A stretch of 64,000 nucleotides of DNA from a virus (lineage: Duplodnaviria > Caudoviricetes), in IMG/VR virus record IMGVR_UViG_3300020375_000001, positions 32,001-96,000 of that record; one strand, written 5' to 3'. This document shows positions 19,021 through 29,265 of this stretch, piece by piece. The notes beneath the pieces were generated by a model. It saw only the letters and a program-made list of their open reading frames with translations. It was not told where the DNA came from and did no database searches. How positions within the stretch are numbered: the stretch's first letter is position 1; each line of letters starts with the position of its first letter. The position numbers were made by a program, and so were the translations under genes.

Positions 19021-20286
19021 ATGAAAAGAAAAGAGTTTCTTGTATTCTTGGCTAAGAACAAACTCTACGCCAAAAAGAAAATGTTAATCTCGACCTTTGC
19101 CATCATTGAACCTGATGAGTACGGGTTACCGAATACGCCTGAAGCACATGTAGGTCAGGTAATCACCAAAGACTCAAAGGTTATGATTCTGGATGAAGAA
19201 TTGCAACCGGTGGTATTGGAAGGATGGGTAAGCGATAAGCCTTACCTCGATATTAATGAAGTGGTTGAATTAGAACCGGGCGATTTACCCAATGTAAAGG
19301 TAAAGACTAAGACCACGTACGGTATTGCGTTGATTAACCTATTAATGCTGTGTCACGCTTTTGAAGATAAAATTGAGTTCATCAATGGAGTAATTGGATA
19401 CGGTACACTGGAATCCAAAATCGTTACTGCCTTGATGGATGAAGTTATCACGGTACAAGAGCTTAGAGCTTTCCTCAAGGCTGCTTCTTGGGCAACTGGT
19501 ATAATGCCACTCTTTATAGCACCTACCTCTCACAAGTCCATACAGGGCTCCCCAGAGGCTAAGGCTTTGCGTAAAAAGTTAATTGAAGAACGTAAAGACC
19601 GACTAGATGACCCAACGGCTCTTGCTGAGATTGATACGGCGCTTGCTAAACTGGATAAAGAATATATTGCTGGCGATGTTACAGAAGTATTCTACAAGTC
19701 CGGTAAAGCACACAACGTTACCCGTAAGCGTATGTACTCTATCTTTGGCGGTGAGAGTGACTTAGAAGACCCATCCAAAATGAATCTGGTGAGCAATTCA
19801 CTGGAAGAAGAATGGGACGTCAGTCAAATGCCTGCTATGGTAAATGCGCTGCGTATGGGTTCGTATAAGCGTGGTGCTGAGACGGCTTTAGGTGGTGCTG
19901 ACTTTAAAGACTTGTCACGAATGTTCCAGAACATCAAAATCTCTGAAAAGGATTGCAAGTCTAAAGTGGGTAAGCGCGTATTGTTCACTGAAGAAAGTTA
20001 CGACCGTCTGGTTGGCCGTACTACTTTAGATGGTAAGAAGATAACGACTGATATGGCTAAGAAGTTTATTGGTACTCGTGTACTGCTTCGTAGTCCTCAG
20101 GGTTGCCAGACTAAAGGCACGCATTTCTGTGAAACTTGCGTGGGTGACTCTGTAGCCATCAACCCTAGTTCAGTTGGTATGCTTGCAGCAAACTTGGGTG
20201 CATCATTCATGGGAATCATGATGTCAGCAATGCACGGTCGTGCACTGACACTGGTTGAAGCGGATTTAAGTGAGATAATGTCATGA
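19021..20286 (+). CDS. Virion RNA polymerase beta'-like subunit (phiKZ gp80-like)
   Basis: Bridge-helix-like RGAETALGG, then DC...RSPQGC...FCETCVG zinc site as in beta'. Confidence 0.8.
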   Translation: MKRKEFLVFLAKNKLYAKKKMLISTFAIIEPDEYGLPNTPEAHVGQVITKDSKVMILDEELQPVVLEGWVSDKPYLDINEVVELEPGDLPNVKVKTKTTYGIALINLLMLCHAFEDKIEFINGVIGYGTLESKIVTALMDEVITVQELRAFLKAASWATGIMPLFIAPTSHKSIQGSPEAKALRKKLIEERKDRLDDPTALAEIDTALAKLDKEYIAGDVTEVFYKSGKAHNVTRKRMYSIFGGESDLEDPSKMNLVSNSLEEEWDVSQMPAMVNALRMGSYKRGAETALGGADFKDLSRMFQNIKISEKDCKSKVGKRVLFTEESYDRLVGRTTLDGKKITTDMAKKFIGTRVLLRSPQGCQTKGTHFCETCVGDSVAINPSSVGMLAANLGASFMGIMMSAMHGRALTLVEADLSEIMS

Positions 20287-20582
20287 CGGATTATTTGGAA
20301 AAAGTAAACAAACACATCATCGATGCCTCTAACAAGGCGCGTAAACATCGTGATGGTAAGGCATGGGACAATGCTAAACGTAAGGCTCGTAAGCGCTACG
20401 TTCCTCGTGGTAAGGTATTTAATAAACTGACGCGTGAAGAACATCAGCGTTGGTGGAAAGAAATCACCGCTGACTTACCAGAGGATATGGTGGGTAAGAT
20501 TAGTCGTAAAAATCCGGCTGAATATTCTGAAGAAAATTATGACGATGGCGTCACAGCAGACGAAGAAAGTCATTACGATTAA
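20283..20582 (+). CDS. Small basic/acidic hypothetical protein
   Basis: 99 aa, ATGA overlap with the RNAP subunit. Confidence 0.65.
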   Translation: MTDYLEKVNKHIIDASNKARKHRDGKAWDNAKRKARKRYVPRGKVFNKLTREEHQRWWKEITADLPEDMVGKISRKNPAEYSEENYDDGVTADEESHYD

Positions 20583-20594
20583 AGCAAAAAAATG

Positions 20595-20624
20595 AAGGAG
20601 GGCGAAAGCTCTCCTTTATGACGT
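20595..20624 (+). terminator. GAAA-tetraloop hairpin + TTATGACGT
   Basis: AAGGAGGGC-gaaa-GCTCTCCTT. Confidence 0.7.
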
Positions 20625-20681
20625 ATTTTTATGATAGCCCCTATCCGGTTATTGTCCTTAGCGAATTAACGGAGTTAAATA

Positions 20682-21089
20682 ATGGACATCGAAATAGCGT
20701 TACGGATGGCCTATCGTGCAGGGTTGGAGAATAGTAATAATAAGATAGCTCATGACGAAGATGTTGTAGTTTCCGGTATTATCAACGGAGTAACTCTTCG
20801 CCGCTTTGCCGTGGATGATTGGACATTCGATGTAAAAATGGTAAGAGCGTTAAAGGTGGAGCAGTACGGTATGCCGTATCTAGCCGCCGCCAATATAACT
20901 CTTAATGGAGTAGATGCCTATGTTGATACCATGGTTGGTAGAGACATTACGCAGATTAAGAAAAAAGACGTGAGGTCGATTGCAATTGCTTCACATAAGT
21001 TGGGGGCAGAGGTGTTGGAGTACGACCGTATTAATGCGGGCGGTGTTCGAAGAGAACGTATCCCTCTGAATTTCAGCCAAAAAAAATAA
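20682..21089 (+). CDS. Hypothetical protein
   Basis: 135 aa, GGAG RBS. Confidence 0.65.
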   Translation: MDIEIALRMAYRAGLENSNNKIAHDEDVVVSGIINGVTLRRFAVDDWTFDVKMVRALKVEQYGMPYLAAANITLNGVDAYVDTMVGRDITQIKKKDVRSIAIASHKLGAEVLEYDRINAGGVRRERIPLNFSQKK

Positions 21090-21098
21090 GAATAAAGC

Positions 21099-21128
21099 TG
21101 GGGCCGAAACGCCCCACTTTATGTCGTC
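21099..21128. terminator. Bidirectional terminator
   Basis: TGGGGC...GCCCCA; A-rich run on left, TTTATGTCGTC on right; between convergent genes. Confidence 0.7.
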
Positions 21129-21135
21129 TAGAGAA

Positions 21136-21480
21136 TCAATCGTCTATGTATAGTACCCAGCGAATGTGGGTACGTTCTTTCTGCGTCAAGTCTTCACCTT
21201 TTGCAAGTAACTCTTCACCGTATTCAAGCAAGGCTTCCTTAGATAATGCTTTAGGTCGATGGTCACTTGGAATTATTATCATTCCACGACGTGTCCATAA
21301 CTCATTCCCGTAAGTAACAAAAGGTGTACGTCGGTTACCTAACGACCACGCTACCTCGTCGGTCATGCGAAGTGCTTTTAGAATATCTTCCGACCTGGTT
21401 CTCACCGCAAGCTCTATGATATTAACCATAGCCTGCCCCGTTAACATTGGATGCTTGTCCATATTTTCAGATTCCCTCAA
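21136..21480 (-). CDS. Hypothetical protein
   Basis: 114-aa ORF. Confidence 0.55.
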   Translation of the reverse strand: MRESENMDKHPMLTGQAMVNIIELAVRTRSEDILKALRMTDEVAWSLGNRRTPFVTYGNELWTRRGMIIIPSDHRPKALSKEALLEYGEELLAKGEDLTQKERTHIRWVLYIDD

Positions 21481-21519
21481 AAAAAGAAAGGGGATGAACT
21501 CCCCTAACTTATTACTTAC

Positions 21520-22635
21520 TTAGTCACGTATCCACCAGACCATCTCACGCAACAGCTTACCGTTGAAGCTGAAGTCAAGGTCATTGTGACCGGCAATGCG
21601 CATATGTTGTTGATGCGTGGCAACTTCATAGTTATTGCGGCTATGGATACCATCCTGCAGAATGTCGTAAGGAATGACCAGGTCGTTACCGTCTACACCG
21701 AAGTGTTTATGGATACGATAGGCTAAGCCAACACCCTCTACTTTCTCAGGCGAGCAGACTTCACCGGTATAGCAGTTACCAATCATACCACTTCCAACGT
21801 AAACCAGACCATAGTGGTTGATTAGACGAAGGATGGAGTTTGGATAGAACACACTAGTACCTTCTTCCAGTTCAACCTTAGGCTCAGTCTTTGCAGACAG
21901 GGCATTGGTCTTTTCAGCGGTTTGCTGTGTCAGGACAGCAGTGCGCGCAAATGATTCAGGAGAAGGATTCTTTGCGCCTTCAATTACTGGAGTGTCTTCC
22001 AACACCTCAGGGATGTCATTGCTTTCGGTCATGCAGACACTGGCAATTGTGTGTGCGACATTGACGTCCACTGAATCAATTGGTTGCTCACCAAAACGAG
22101 CCAGTGCCAACGCAGCAAATTTACCTAACACATCCGCTTGGCGTTTCACGCGAAACTCTTCCACGGTCTCAGACCCTTCGGCGCTGGTAGTTACAGTAAC
22201 ATAGTAGTTACTTGCGCGGTAATGTATTGCCATTTCACCGCCTGGTACCGCTACCGGCATTTCTAACATCCCGCCTTTAGTCCAAAGCTGTGTTTTATCA
22301 TGTAACGTCATCACGGTACGATTGTGATTCAGTCGGGTCACCGCTTCTTTGGGGATTTGAAATGCTTCCATGATGTCTTCGTCACCCGCCATTGCTTTCT
22401 GCATGATAAGTGGTAACACAACTTTGGCAAGGTTGTCCTTAACGTTCGGGATTGTCTCACCGTCCGGAATAGTAGTCACATATGCTTTCTCGTAACGGTT
22501 TGTAAGTTCAGGCATAGAACTCAATGCACCGAGCACTGCGCCTTTATCATTTTCATCAACCGCAGAGGTAGCGAAAACACATACGCTGTTGGACACATTA
22601 GCAAATACCAGATTACTTAAAATATGTTGCTTCAT
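21520..22635 (-). CDS. Hypothetical protein (probably early)
   Basis: 371 aa, AGGA RBS, early-like motif near 22692-22706, T-tract terminator downstream. Confidence 0.75.
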   Translation of the reverse strand: MKQHILSNLVFANVSNSVCVFATSAVDENDKGAVLGALSSMPELTNRYEKAYVTTIPDGETIPNVKDNLAKVVLPLIMQKAMAGDEDIMEAFQIPKEAVTRLNHNRTVMTLHDKTQLWTKGGMLEMPVAVPGGEMAIHYRASNYYVTVTTSAEGSETVEEFRVKRQADVLGKFAALALARFGEQPIDSVDVNVAHTIASVCMTESNDIPEVLEDTPVIEGAKNPSPESFARTAVLTQQTAEKTNALSAKTEPKVELEEGTSVFYPNSILRLINHYGLVYVGSGMIGNCYTGEVCSPEKVEGVGLAYRIHKHFGVDGNDLVIPYDILQDGIHSRNNYEVATHQQHMRIAGHNDLDFSFNGKLLREMVWWIRD

Positions 22636-22765
22636 TACTATCTTCCTTTTACTTGTAGTTTAAAGTGGTACTTATAGGTACCCGTTCATTTGTATTATAT
22701 ATGTCTAGGTTTTTTTATGTTAAGAGAAAAAATAAGAGGGGCTTGATAGCCCCTTTATTTACCAT

Positions 22766-23851
22766 TTACTTTTGCTCCAGCAATCCCAATCTTTCCACCA
22801 GCGATATGATGTACGATTGTGCGTCATTCGTTTCTAACCGACTGATAAGGTCGAACAGGAATCGCGATGCAAAATCTGACAGCCGCGTACATTCCGCCGT
22901 TGTAATATCATATTCACCCGGTTTAGAAAATAGAAGTATTGAGCGGTCCTTTTGAATTTCAATCAGACGCTTCAATAACATTTCTTTTCTTTGCTCAAGT
23001 GGAATACGACCCAGCGTATATGCAATAGCCTTGCCGATAGCAACTCCTTCCATGGTCAGCGACGGATAAGTTTGAACTTGTGGTTCATCCTCTTGCATCT
23101 CCGACTCATCGAATAGAATCTCTTTACGTAATTTGATTTTGGCTATCACCTCAGTCAATGTGCCCATACTTGTATGGCTACGTAGCAGATTCTGTTGCTC
23201 TTCCGACATGTTCTTAATGTGCAACTGCGTTAGCTTGCAAGTCGTATGCAATAACTCTTTCAAAGAATCTTTATCGAAAGTCATTTCCTCTTTATACCAA
23301 GGAACATTTCTTTCGGCCCACCCACGAAGAGTAGACTCTAATTCTTCTTCATCAATTACCGCATCGTCACTAACGCCAGTTAATAGCATCAGTGAACCGA
23401 CATCCCTAACTTCCCTTTCGCGAAGCTGTAATGCATTAAGTTCTTTAGAATTAAACTCAACAATTAAGCCTTTACCCAAGGCGTTAAGAATATCTTTCGA
23501 AGTGCGTCCTGTTTCAGCCTTAAGGTTTAATACATTAAGGACTGCCCCAAGTTGCTTACGCTCTATAACTTCATCGATTAACCGTAGAAGTGCGTCCTCT
23601 TCCAAGTGCCTTGCTTCAGACACTAATCCGCGAACTACAAATACAGCTACCGACGTATCATTACTACCAAGTAGTTCCCTAATAGTAGCTAGATAGTTAC
23701 AGGTTTGTTGTACCCAACGCTCAGTCACTTGCGGTTCCATTTTATACCGTGACCAAGTTGTTAATAGAATTGCTGCCAATTCATTTTCTTTAATGGATGA
23801 GTGTTCAACGATAGGTATCTTTCTAATTAAGCCAGTTTCAACTGTAAACAT
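22766..23851 (-). CDS. Hypothetical helical protein
   Basis: Start ATG 23851 with AGGAG. Confidence 0.7.
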   Translation of the reverse strand: MFTVETGLIRKIPIVEHSSIKENELAAILLTTWSRYKMEPQVTERWVQQTCNYLATIRELLGSNDTSVAVFVVRGLVSEARHLEEDALLRLIDEVIERKQLGAVLNVLNLKAETGRTSKDILNALGKGLIVEFNSKELNALQLREREVRDVGSLMLLTGVSDDAVIDEEELESTLRGWAERNVPWYKEEMTFDKDSLKELLHTTCKLTQLHIKNMSEEQQNLLRSHTSMGTLTEVIAKIKLRKEILFDESEMQEDEPQVQTYPSLTMEGVAIGKAIAYTLGRIPLEQRKEMLLKRLIEIQKDRSILLFSKPGEYDITTAECTRLSDFASRFLFDLISRLETNDAQSYIISLVERLGLLEQK

Positions 23852-23922
23852 TGTAAATCTCCTGAATGGGGGATAAGACAACGAGTTGCTAGTTGATGAC
23901 TCCGTTGGTTTTACGGTACTAC

Positions 23923-24687
23923 TCAGTTTATGTAAAACTCACCACGTATTTCCATTTTGGAGTTAAAAGAGACATTATACCTCTCCACTCTGTTTTTCAA
24001 GTAGGTTGGTAGGTTAACGAACGATAACAAATCCAATAACGCTATCGGGGCGTTACTGGGTAATCGTCCTGTCTCTCGCATCACTGCTAACAACTCTCTA
24101 TTATTGTCTAGTGTGCTTGGTGCATCCTCCAGGTTATTGATTAGTCTACCCACCATGTCAGCCCGTTCCGCTAAGGGAACCCGATTCTGGGCGGCTACTA
24201 TGCCAGCCATCCTCATGTAAGCCTCTAGCCAATTCGTTTGACCCTTAAAGTAATCAGGTTTCTGACCACTAGTAAGCAATGCTAGGTAGTACTCCATTGA
24301 TTCCAAAACATATTGTGTCTTGAACGTCTCGCAGTTCATCGTCTGTTGTATTCTTAATAACAACTCACTACGATACGCCTGCACCAGAGCAGGATAAGAC
24401 CGTAGCTCTTGCGGCACGGTAAAATACTCTGCTGTGTACAGACTCACAGGTAACTCAGACATGGGCATTACACCCGTTACGTCTTTCGTTTGACTTACGT
24501 TAGCGACAACTTCTTTGGTAGACGGTGTTGGGGAAACATCCGTCAATTGGTCGTCTTGGTTTTTAGATTCTTCAGCAACATCTAAACCGCTATTACGTAA
24601 TGTAGCGCAGGTAGCGGCGAAACTTAACGCCGCGTTGCCGAGAAATTTTAAAATCCGATTAGATACGAATTTTAGCTTTTCCCTCAT
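23923..24687 (-). CDS. Hypothetical protein
   Basis: 254 aa, overlaps the helicase stop. Confidence 0.65.
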   Translation of the reverse strand: MREKLKFVSNRILKFLGNAALSFAATCATLRNSGLDVAEESKNQDDQLTDVSPTPSTKEVVANVSQTKDVTGVMPMSELPVSLYTAEYFTVPQELRSYPALVQAYRSELLLRIQQTMNCETFKTQYVLESMEYYLALLTSGQKPDYFKGQTNWLEAYMRMAGIVAAQNRVPLAERADMVGRLINNLEDAPSTLDNNRELLAVMRETGRLPSNAPIALLDLLSFVNLPTYLKNRVERYNVSFNSKMEIRGEFYIN

Positions 24688-27239
24688 TTATTTGGTCTCC
24701 CTATAACGAAGGTTGAGTTCAGTTCACCTATGCTCTTAACCCTTGGGCGTAGAAGCTTTTTCTTCTTCTCATGGTATTCCATGTGCTTAGGTAAGTTACG
24801 AGCTAAGATGTACATGAAATCTGGCTCAACATCAGGCCAATCTTTCAAACGACGTAAACGACCCACAATCTGGATATTTGCCTGACTGGAGTTAATGTTT
24901 GTTGTCATTAAGCTATAACGTAACCCTGGAATGTCTACACCAGTCCCCGCTGACAAAGCAGTGGATGCCGATATATCCGATTCCATTAACACCTCGTAGT
25001 CATCCTCTGATATATAACGAGCTACTTCTAGTGTTGGATTCCGTTTAGCAAGATGGTCCGCTATCTTCCCACACATTTCCTTGGTCGCCGCAAACACGAG
25101 ACACTTCTGACCATCATCCCTACGTTTGACATACCACTCGTACACCAACGAATCTATCATCGCTAAGTACTGTGCTAAGTAAAGAGGTCTCTTAATAAGA
25201 CTTTCTTCAAACAGCGTGTGGCTATACATCTTTTGTTGATTGATGTGGCGTATCTTCTCCGGTTCCCATAGTTCGTACAGCAATGCTTTAACGCGAATGT
25301 AACGGTCAAAATCTCCAGGCGTAAAACGCATTCTTTCTGGCCATTGTATTTGCAACATTCTGTTACGAAACGGTGAGTCCGTTGTGATTGTAGCAGACAA
25401 GAAAATTGTCTTAGGAATATGAGCGTACAAATCCATCTTAAAGATTTGGTGCTGGTTCTCGTGGGCTTCGTCAACAACTCGTAGACCTACACCTAACACT
25501 TTCCACAAATTCCAGGGCTTAATAGGATAACCTCTGAGTTTACCCGCCTCGTAGTCTTTATAGAATCGCGCCAGTGTCGTTGTTGAAGCGATGATGGCCT
25601 TGTAATCGAATTCGCCCGCCAAAGCTAGATTGATTGCACTTAACAAAGCAGCACTGCCTCGTATTACACAAATCTCTTTCTTCTTTAGGCCTAAACAATC
25701 TTCCAGGTCACCTATCCACTTTTCGATGTACTTACCACCCATCTGAAAACAAGTGAGTACACCTAATGTTTCTGCAGCCTTTTGACTACAGAACGTATTA
25801 TGGGTTACGATAAAATCATCCGTAACGTATAGCTTGTCGTCATGGGCTATCGAGATACACTGTGCTTCCTTTTCACCAACGTACTCTATACTTGTTAATG
25901 CAAGTTTAAAGTTCTTACTGTACTGATTAGATTCAGACAGTTTGGCGATATGGCGTGGCAACCTAAATAACTCAGTAGGATTAGCCGCACGTAAATGTAC
26001 ACGATATGCTGTCTTCCCAACCCTTTGTTCACCGCGATAGGTGTACTTAGGTACCTTACTAGTCAACTTGGCATGATGACCTAAGCTTCGAGCAAGGTAT
26101 TGGAATTGTTGTGCCAGCAACAGACTAGACGTAGAGAAGCTTGAACTTTTGTTCTCACTTACTGTTCCATCCGTGTCCATTAACCCTTGTAACAAACTTC
26201 TACGCTGATAAGTCGAGCCATCCAAGTATTCCTCAGGAATAAACTTTTCATGACTTAACTTTCCACGTAAACCCATCTCTTCCAAAATGGTCAACCAAGG
26301 ATTAGCCAAGATAGACTTGTCTTCCCTGATGATGTTATAATCAACCCCACCCGCTTGAGATAGAGTCATTCCAGCTGGAAGGTTTTTATGCAGTGCTTCT
26401 AATAGCTCCTTATCCGGTGTGCTAAATTTTAGAACCTGATTACCAACATGACCATCGCCTAATATTAAACCCAAGACGTAAGGGTCAAGTGGTAACGCTT
26501 TCCCCTCATTCTTTTCGGACTCGGGTAAGTCAATGTAATACCTCGCGTTAGGGTTAGATTTACGATGCTCTAGAATTTCTCCTAGTTGCTTCACCGTCCA
26601 ACCTTGGTCGGGGTTATACACTCTCCACAAATGTTCTTTGCAACACTCCGTAGTACGGCCATCGGAAAATGTCAGTTTATAAATTGCCTTTTTACCCTGA
26701 GGGTGTATTGCGGTAACTTTAGTAGTTGAACCGTCCTTAGCAATTACATCCTGACCTACAGCCATGTCACCCATGGTTAGCCAACCACCGGGAACTTTAA
26801 TAGCTGCATCCAAAGGCTGTGCCTTCCCGCCGCCAGTCGCAAGGGTAACCACCTTTGATTCGCCTGGGTCTTCCATATACTGGATTACCCTAGGTTGGTC
26901 ATCACGTGGTACCCAATGGTCTGGAATGTTGTAATCGACTTCAGTTGGCGTATACATACGCTTCACCGTTATCTCAACAAGGCTCGGTGGGATGTTAGCA
27001 TTTTTCAGCATGTCGAGAAATTCTTCATACTGGTTAATGTGAAAACGGTAGTAGGTACGCTCAGCATTAGACGCCGCGTATACCTTAGCCATCTTCTTGT
27101 GGAACTTACCTCTCGCGTAATGCCCCGTCCACTCAACGAGCGGACGGAGAAAGTTTTGAATGAGAGGCCTTAAACGTGGAGATACCTTAGTCACCGAAAA
27201 GTGATGACTGTAGACATCTATTTTACAATAATCGCTCAA
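24684..27239 (-). CDS. SF2 (DExH) helicase, intein-containing (phiKZ gp75-like)
   Basis: Walker A ATGGGK|T split by the intein; VVDEAH, LSAT, QIVGRLRR; 509 aa after splicing. Confidence 0.9.
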   Translation of the reverse strand: MSDYCKIDVYSHHFSVTKVSPRLRPLIQNFLRPLVEWTGHYARGKFHKKMAKVYAASNAERTYYRFHINQYEEFLDMLKNANIPPSLVEITVKRMYTPTEVDYNIPDHWVPRDDQPRVIQYMEDPGESKVVTLATGGGKAQPLDAAIKVPGGWLTMGDMAVGQDVIAKDGSTTKVTAIHPQGKKAIYKLTFSDGRTTECCKEHLWRVYNPDQGWTVKQLGEILEHRKSNPNARYYIDLPESEKNEGKALPLDPYVLGLILGDGHVGNQVLKFSTPDKELLEALHKNLPAGMTLSQAGGVDYNIIREDKSILANPWLTILEEMGLRGKLSHEKFIPEEYLDGSTYQRRSLLQGLMDTDGTVSENKSSSFSTSSLLLAQQFQYLARSLGHHAKLTSKVPKYTYRGEQRVGKTAYRVHLRAANPTELFRLPRHIAKLSESNQYSKNFKLALTSIEYVGEKEAQCISIAHDDKLYVTDDFIVTHNTFCSQKAAETLGVLTCFQMGGKYIEKWIGDLEDCLGLKKKEICVIRGSAALLSAINLALAGEFDYKAIIASTTTLARFYKDYEAGKLRGYPIKPWNLWKVLGVGLRVVDEAHENQHQIFKMDLYAHIPKTIFLSATITTDSPFRNRMLQIQWPERMRFTPGDFDRYIRVKALLYELWEPEKIRHINQQKMYSHTLFEESLIKRPLYLAQYLAMIDSLVYEWYVKRRDDGQKCLVFAATKEMCGKIADHLAKRNPTLEVARYISEDDYEVLMESDISASTALSAGTGVDIPGLRYSLMTTNINSSQANIQIVGRLRRLKDWPDVEPDFMYILARNLPKHMEYHEKKKKLLRPRVKSIGELNSTFVIGRPNK
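25797..26822 (-). mobile_element. Class-3 intein with LAGLIDADG homing endonuclease (342 aa)
   Basis: Starts AQPLDA (Ala1), EHLW, AQCISI, ends IVTHN before Thr+1; motifs YVLGLILGDG and LLQGLMDTDG. Confidence 0.92.
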
Positions 27240-27264
27240 AATAACCTCTCCCGCTTTAAACCAT

Positions 27265-29238
27265 TTACCCAGCTAGAATATTGTCGTAGTTGTGGTCCGG
27301 TTTATTATGGTCGATGTACGACGTAGGTCGCAGAATAACATCGCCGTGACGTTCGAATGCCATCGCCGCAGACAAGCTACGGTTAAACATATTTTCACGG
27401 TGAATATTAAAGACCTCTTCATCATTCCCAATTGGTGGGGCACATGAATTAGACCTTGCTGCGTCCGTAGCCAGAAGCGCCAATAGTAGAATCTCAAGAT
27501 GCAATACGTTTACATCAGCACGACTGTTTACAATATCGTAAAGCTTACGCAATGCTTCTGCTGACGTCTTACAACCGTAGACTCCGTTTCGACTCTTCTT
27601 CTCAGTGAAATCTGAAATGCTTTGCATATATTCAAGCATGTTCATGTGTCGCTGAGGCATCACCAGGAATGGTTTACTGAATGTCCAATTGGCCAAATCA
27701 ATAACGTAGTCACCATACCGGTTCACCGTCCAACCGTACTTCTTCAAGTATTCTAAGAAATCATAAGTAAAGCTAGCCAAACGCGGACCTACGCTAGTAG
27801 GAACAATATGCTCAACCGCTTCCCTTTCCCCACGGGCATTCTTAATGTGTCGACGAATTACAACTTCCGCCATCACAGCCAGTGTGGTTGTAGGCAATAT
27901 TTTAACATCCGTTACCTCAGGGTTATTGATGTCATCAAGGTACTTGACGTATTGCTCAGGGATGATTAACTCTGGTTCGTAGTCCTTCAGGGTCATGTGG
28001 AATTGAATCTTCGATTGGTCCGCACCATTCAATTTAATGAACTCTGCATCCCGCTTCTCAATATTCAAATGCTCAGCTACCGATGAGCCGTCTTCGTGCT
28101 TAGTTGACATTACCTTTTGCGTTACGAATGAACATAACGCAATGGCACTGATATGACCAAGACGAGTGGCTTGACGATAGTACATCTGACTAGGGATTGA
28201 ATAACTCAATGCCCCAGCACACGCCTCACACACGTTGTATTCGTGGCGATGCTTACATTCAAGAGGAGAACGTAGTTTAACTCGCTGTCCCTCCAAATGT
28301 TTAGACTCCAAGGTAATTTCTTCCAGACTACCATCTGGCAGTACATGGTACTTACCATTAAGGTTAACCAATGATTTCTTGGTGACTTGGAATACAACCG
28401 TACGGTCACTTCCACAATCACCGGGTACTAAGCCTTTAACGTATTGGTTCTGTAATGAAACCTTACGACCAAAGTACTCAGTCTTACGTAGTGGTTCTGT
28501 GGTTACTTTCAGAGCCTTAGTACCAGAGCGAGATTCCTGTGCAGATTCCGCCAGTATTTTAAGCCCCTCAATAAATCCACGCAGGATTGGTTTACGGAAG
28601 ATGTTAGAATCGTAGTCTGTAATGAAACCACGAATAAATGCCTGTAACACCTGACCGATAGAGATTAGGTTAGCGCGACATGCATCTGCAATTGCATTAC
28701 CATTTAAGGTAGGGCATGTCATCACCGTTTCCGTAATCTGACGATAGGCCTGTTCAATACTGACAGTACTAGGGCGTACTTCAGCAATGGCTTCTCGCAC
28801 TACCGGATGTTCGAAGATGTCAAGGTAATCTAACACCGAGATTGTTGTAACGTACTCTTCCAGTTGTTCACCAGTGAATACAAACACGTTGTTAAAAATA
28901 ACCATCGCCATACGGTTCAACAAGTCCATATCGCGACAGATGCCTTGGTCGAAACATTCCCACAGTGGGCGTGACATCAATTTCTTGTGCACGCCATTAC
29001 CGAATACCACATTACCGATATGGTGATGTGGCAACAGAGCCAACTGTGGGAACTGACGATGATAGTCCCAATAAATAGTTGAGACTATTGTCTTACGACC
29101 GTTTACGGTTTCTACTGTACCATCATCGAACTTTAAGTTCATGGTCAGGACATTGTCAAACCGTTCCATTAGTTCTGGGATTGATAGATTAAGTAAATCT
29201 CTTGCCAGAATTGTTTCGTTTAGATGAATTGGATGCAT
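27265..29238 (-). CDS. Non-virion RNA polymerase beta' C-terminal subunit (phiKZ gp74-like)
   Basis: KTEYFGRK bridge-helix-like, DCGS, RSPLEC...VCEACAG zinc site, SAAMAFE. Confidence 0.85.
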   Translation of the reverse strand: MHPIHLNETILARDLLNLSIPELMERFDNVLTMNLKFDDGTVETVNGRKTIVSTIYWDYHRQFPQLALLPHHHIGNVVFGNGVHKKLMSRPLWECFDQGICRDMDLLNRMAMVIFNNVFVFTGEQLEEYVTTISVLDYLDIFEHPVVREAIAEVRPSTVSIEQAYRQITETVMTCPTLNGNAIADACRANLISIGQVLQAFIRGFITDYDSNIFRKPILRGFIEGLKILAESAQESRSGTKALKVTTEPLRKTEYFGRKVSLQNQYVKGLVPGDCGSDRTVVFQVTKKSLVNLNGKYHVLPDGSLEEITLESKHLEGQRVKLRSPLECKHRHEYNVCEACAGALSYSIPSQMYYRQATRLGHISAIALCSFVTQKVMSTKHEDGSSVAEHLNIEKRDAEFIKLNGADQSKIQFHMTLKDYEPELIIPEQYVKYLDDINNPEVTDVKILPTTTLAVMAEVVIRRHIKNARGEREAVEHIVPTSVGPRLASFTYDFLEYLKKYGWTVNRYGDYVIDLANWTFSKPFLVMPQRHMNMLEYMQSISDFTEKKSRNGVYGCKTSAEALRKLYDIVNSRADVNVLHLEILLLALLATDAARSNSCAPPIGNDEEVFNIHRENMFNRSLSAAMAFERHGDVILRPTSYIDHNKPDHNYDNILAG

Positions 29239-29265
29239 CCAGAATATTCCTTTTATTAATTCAGG

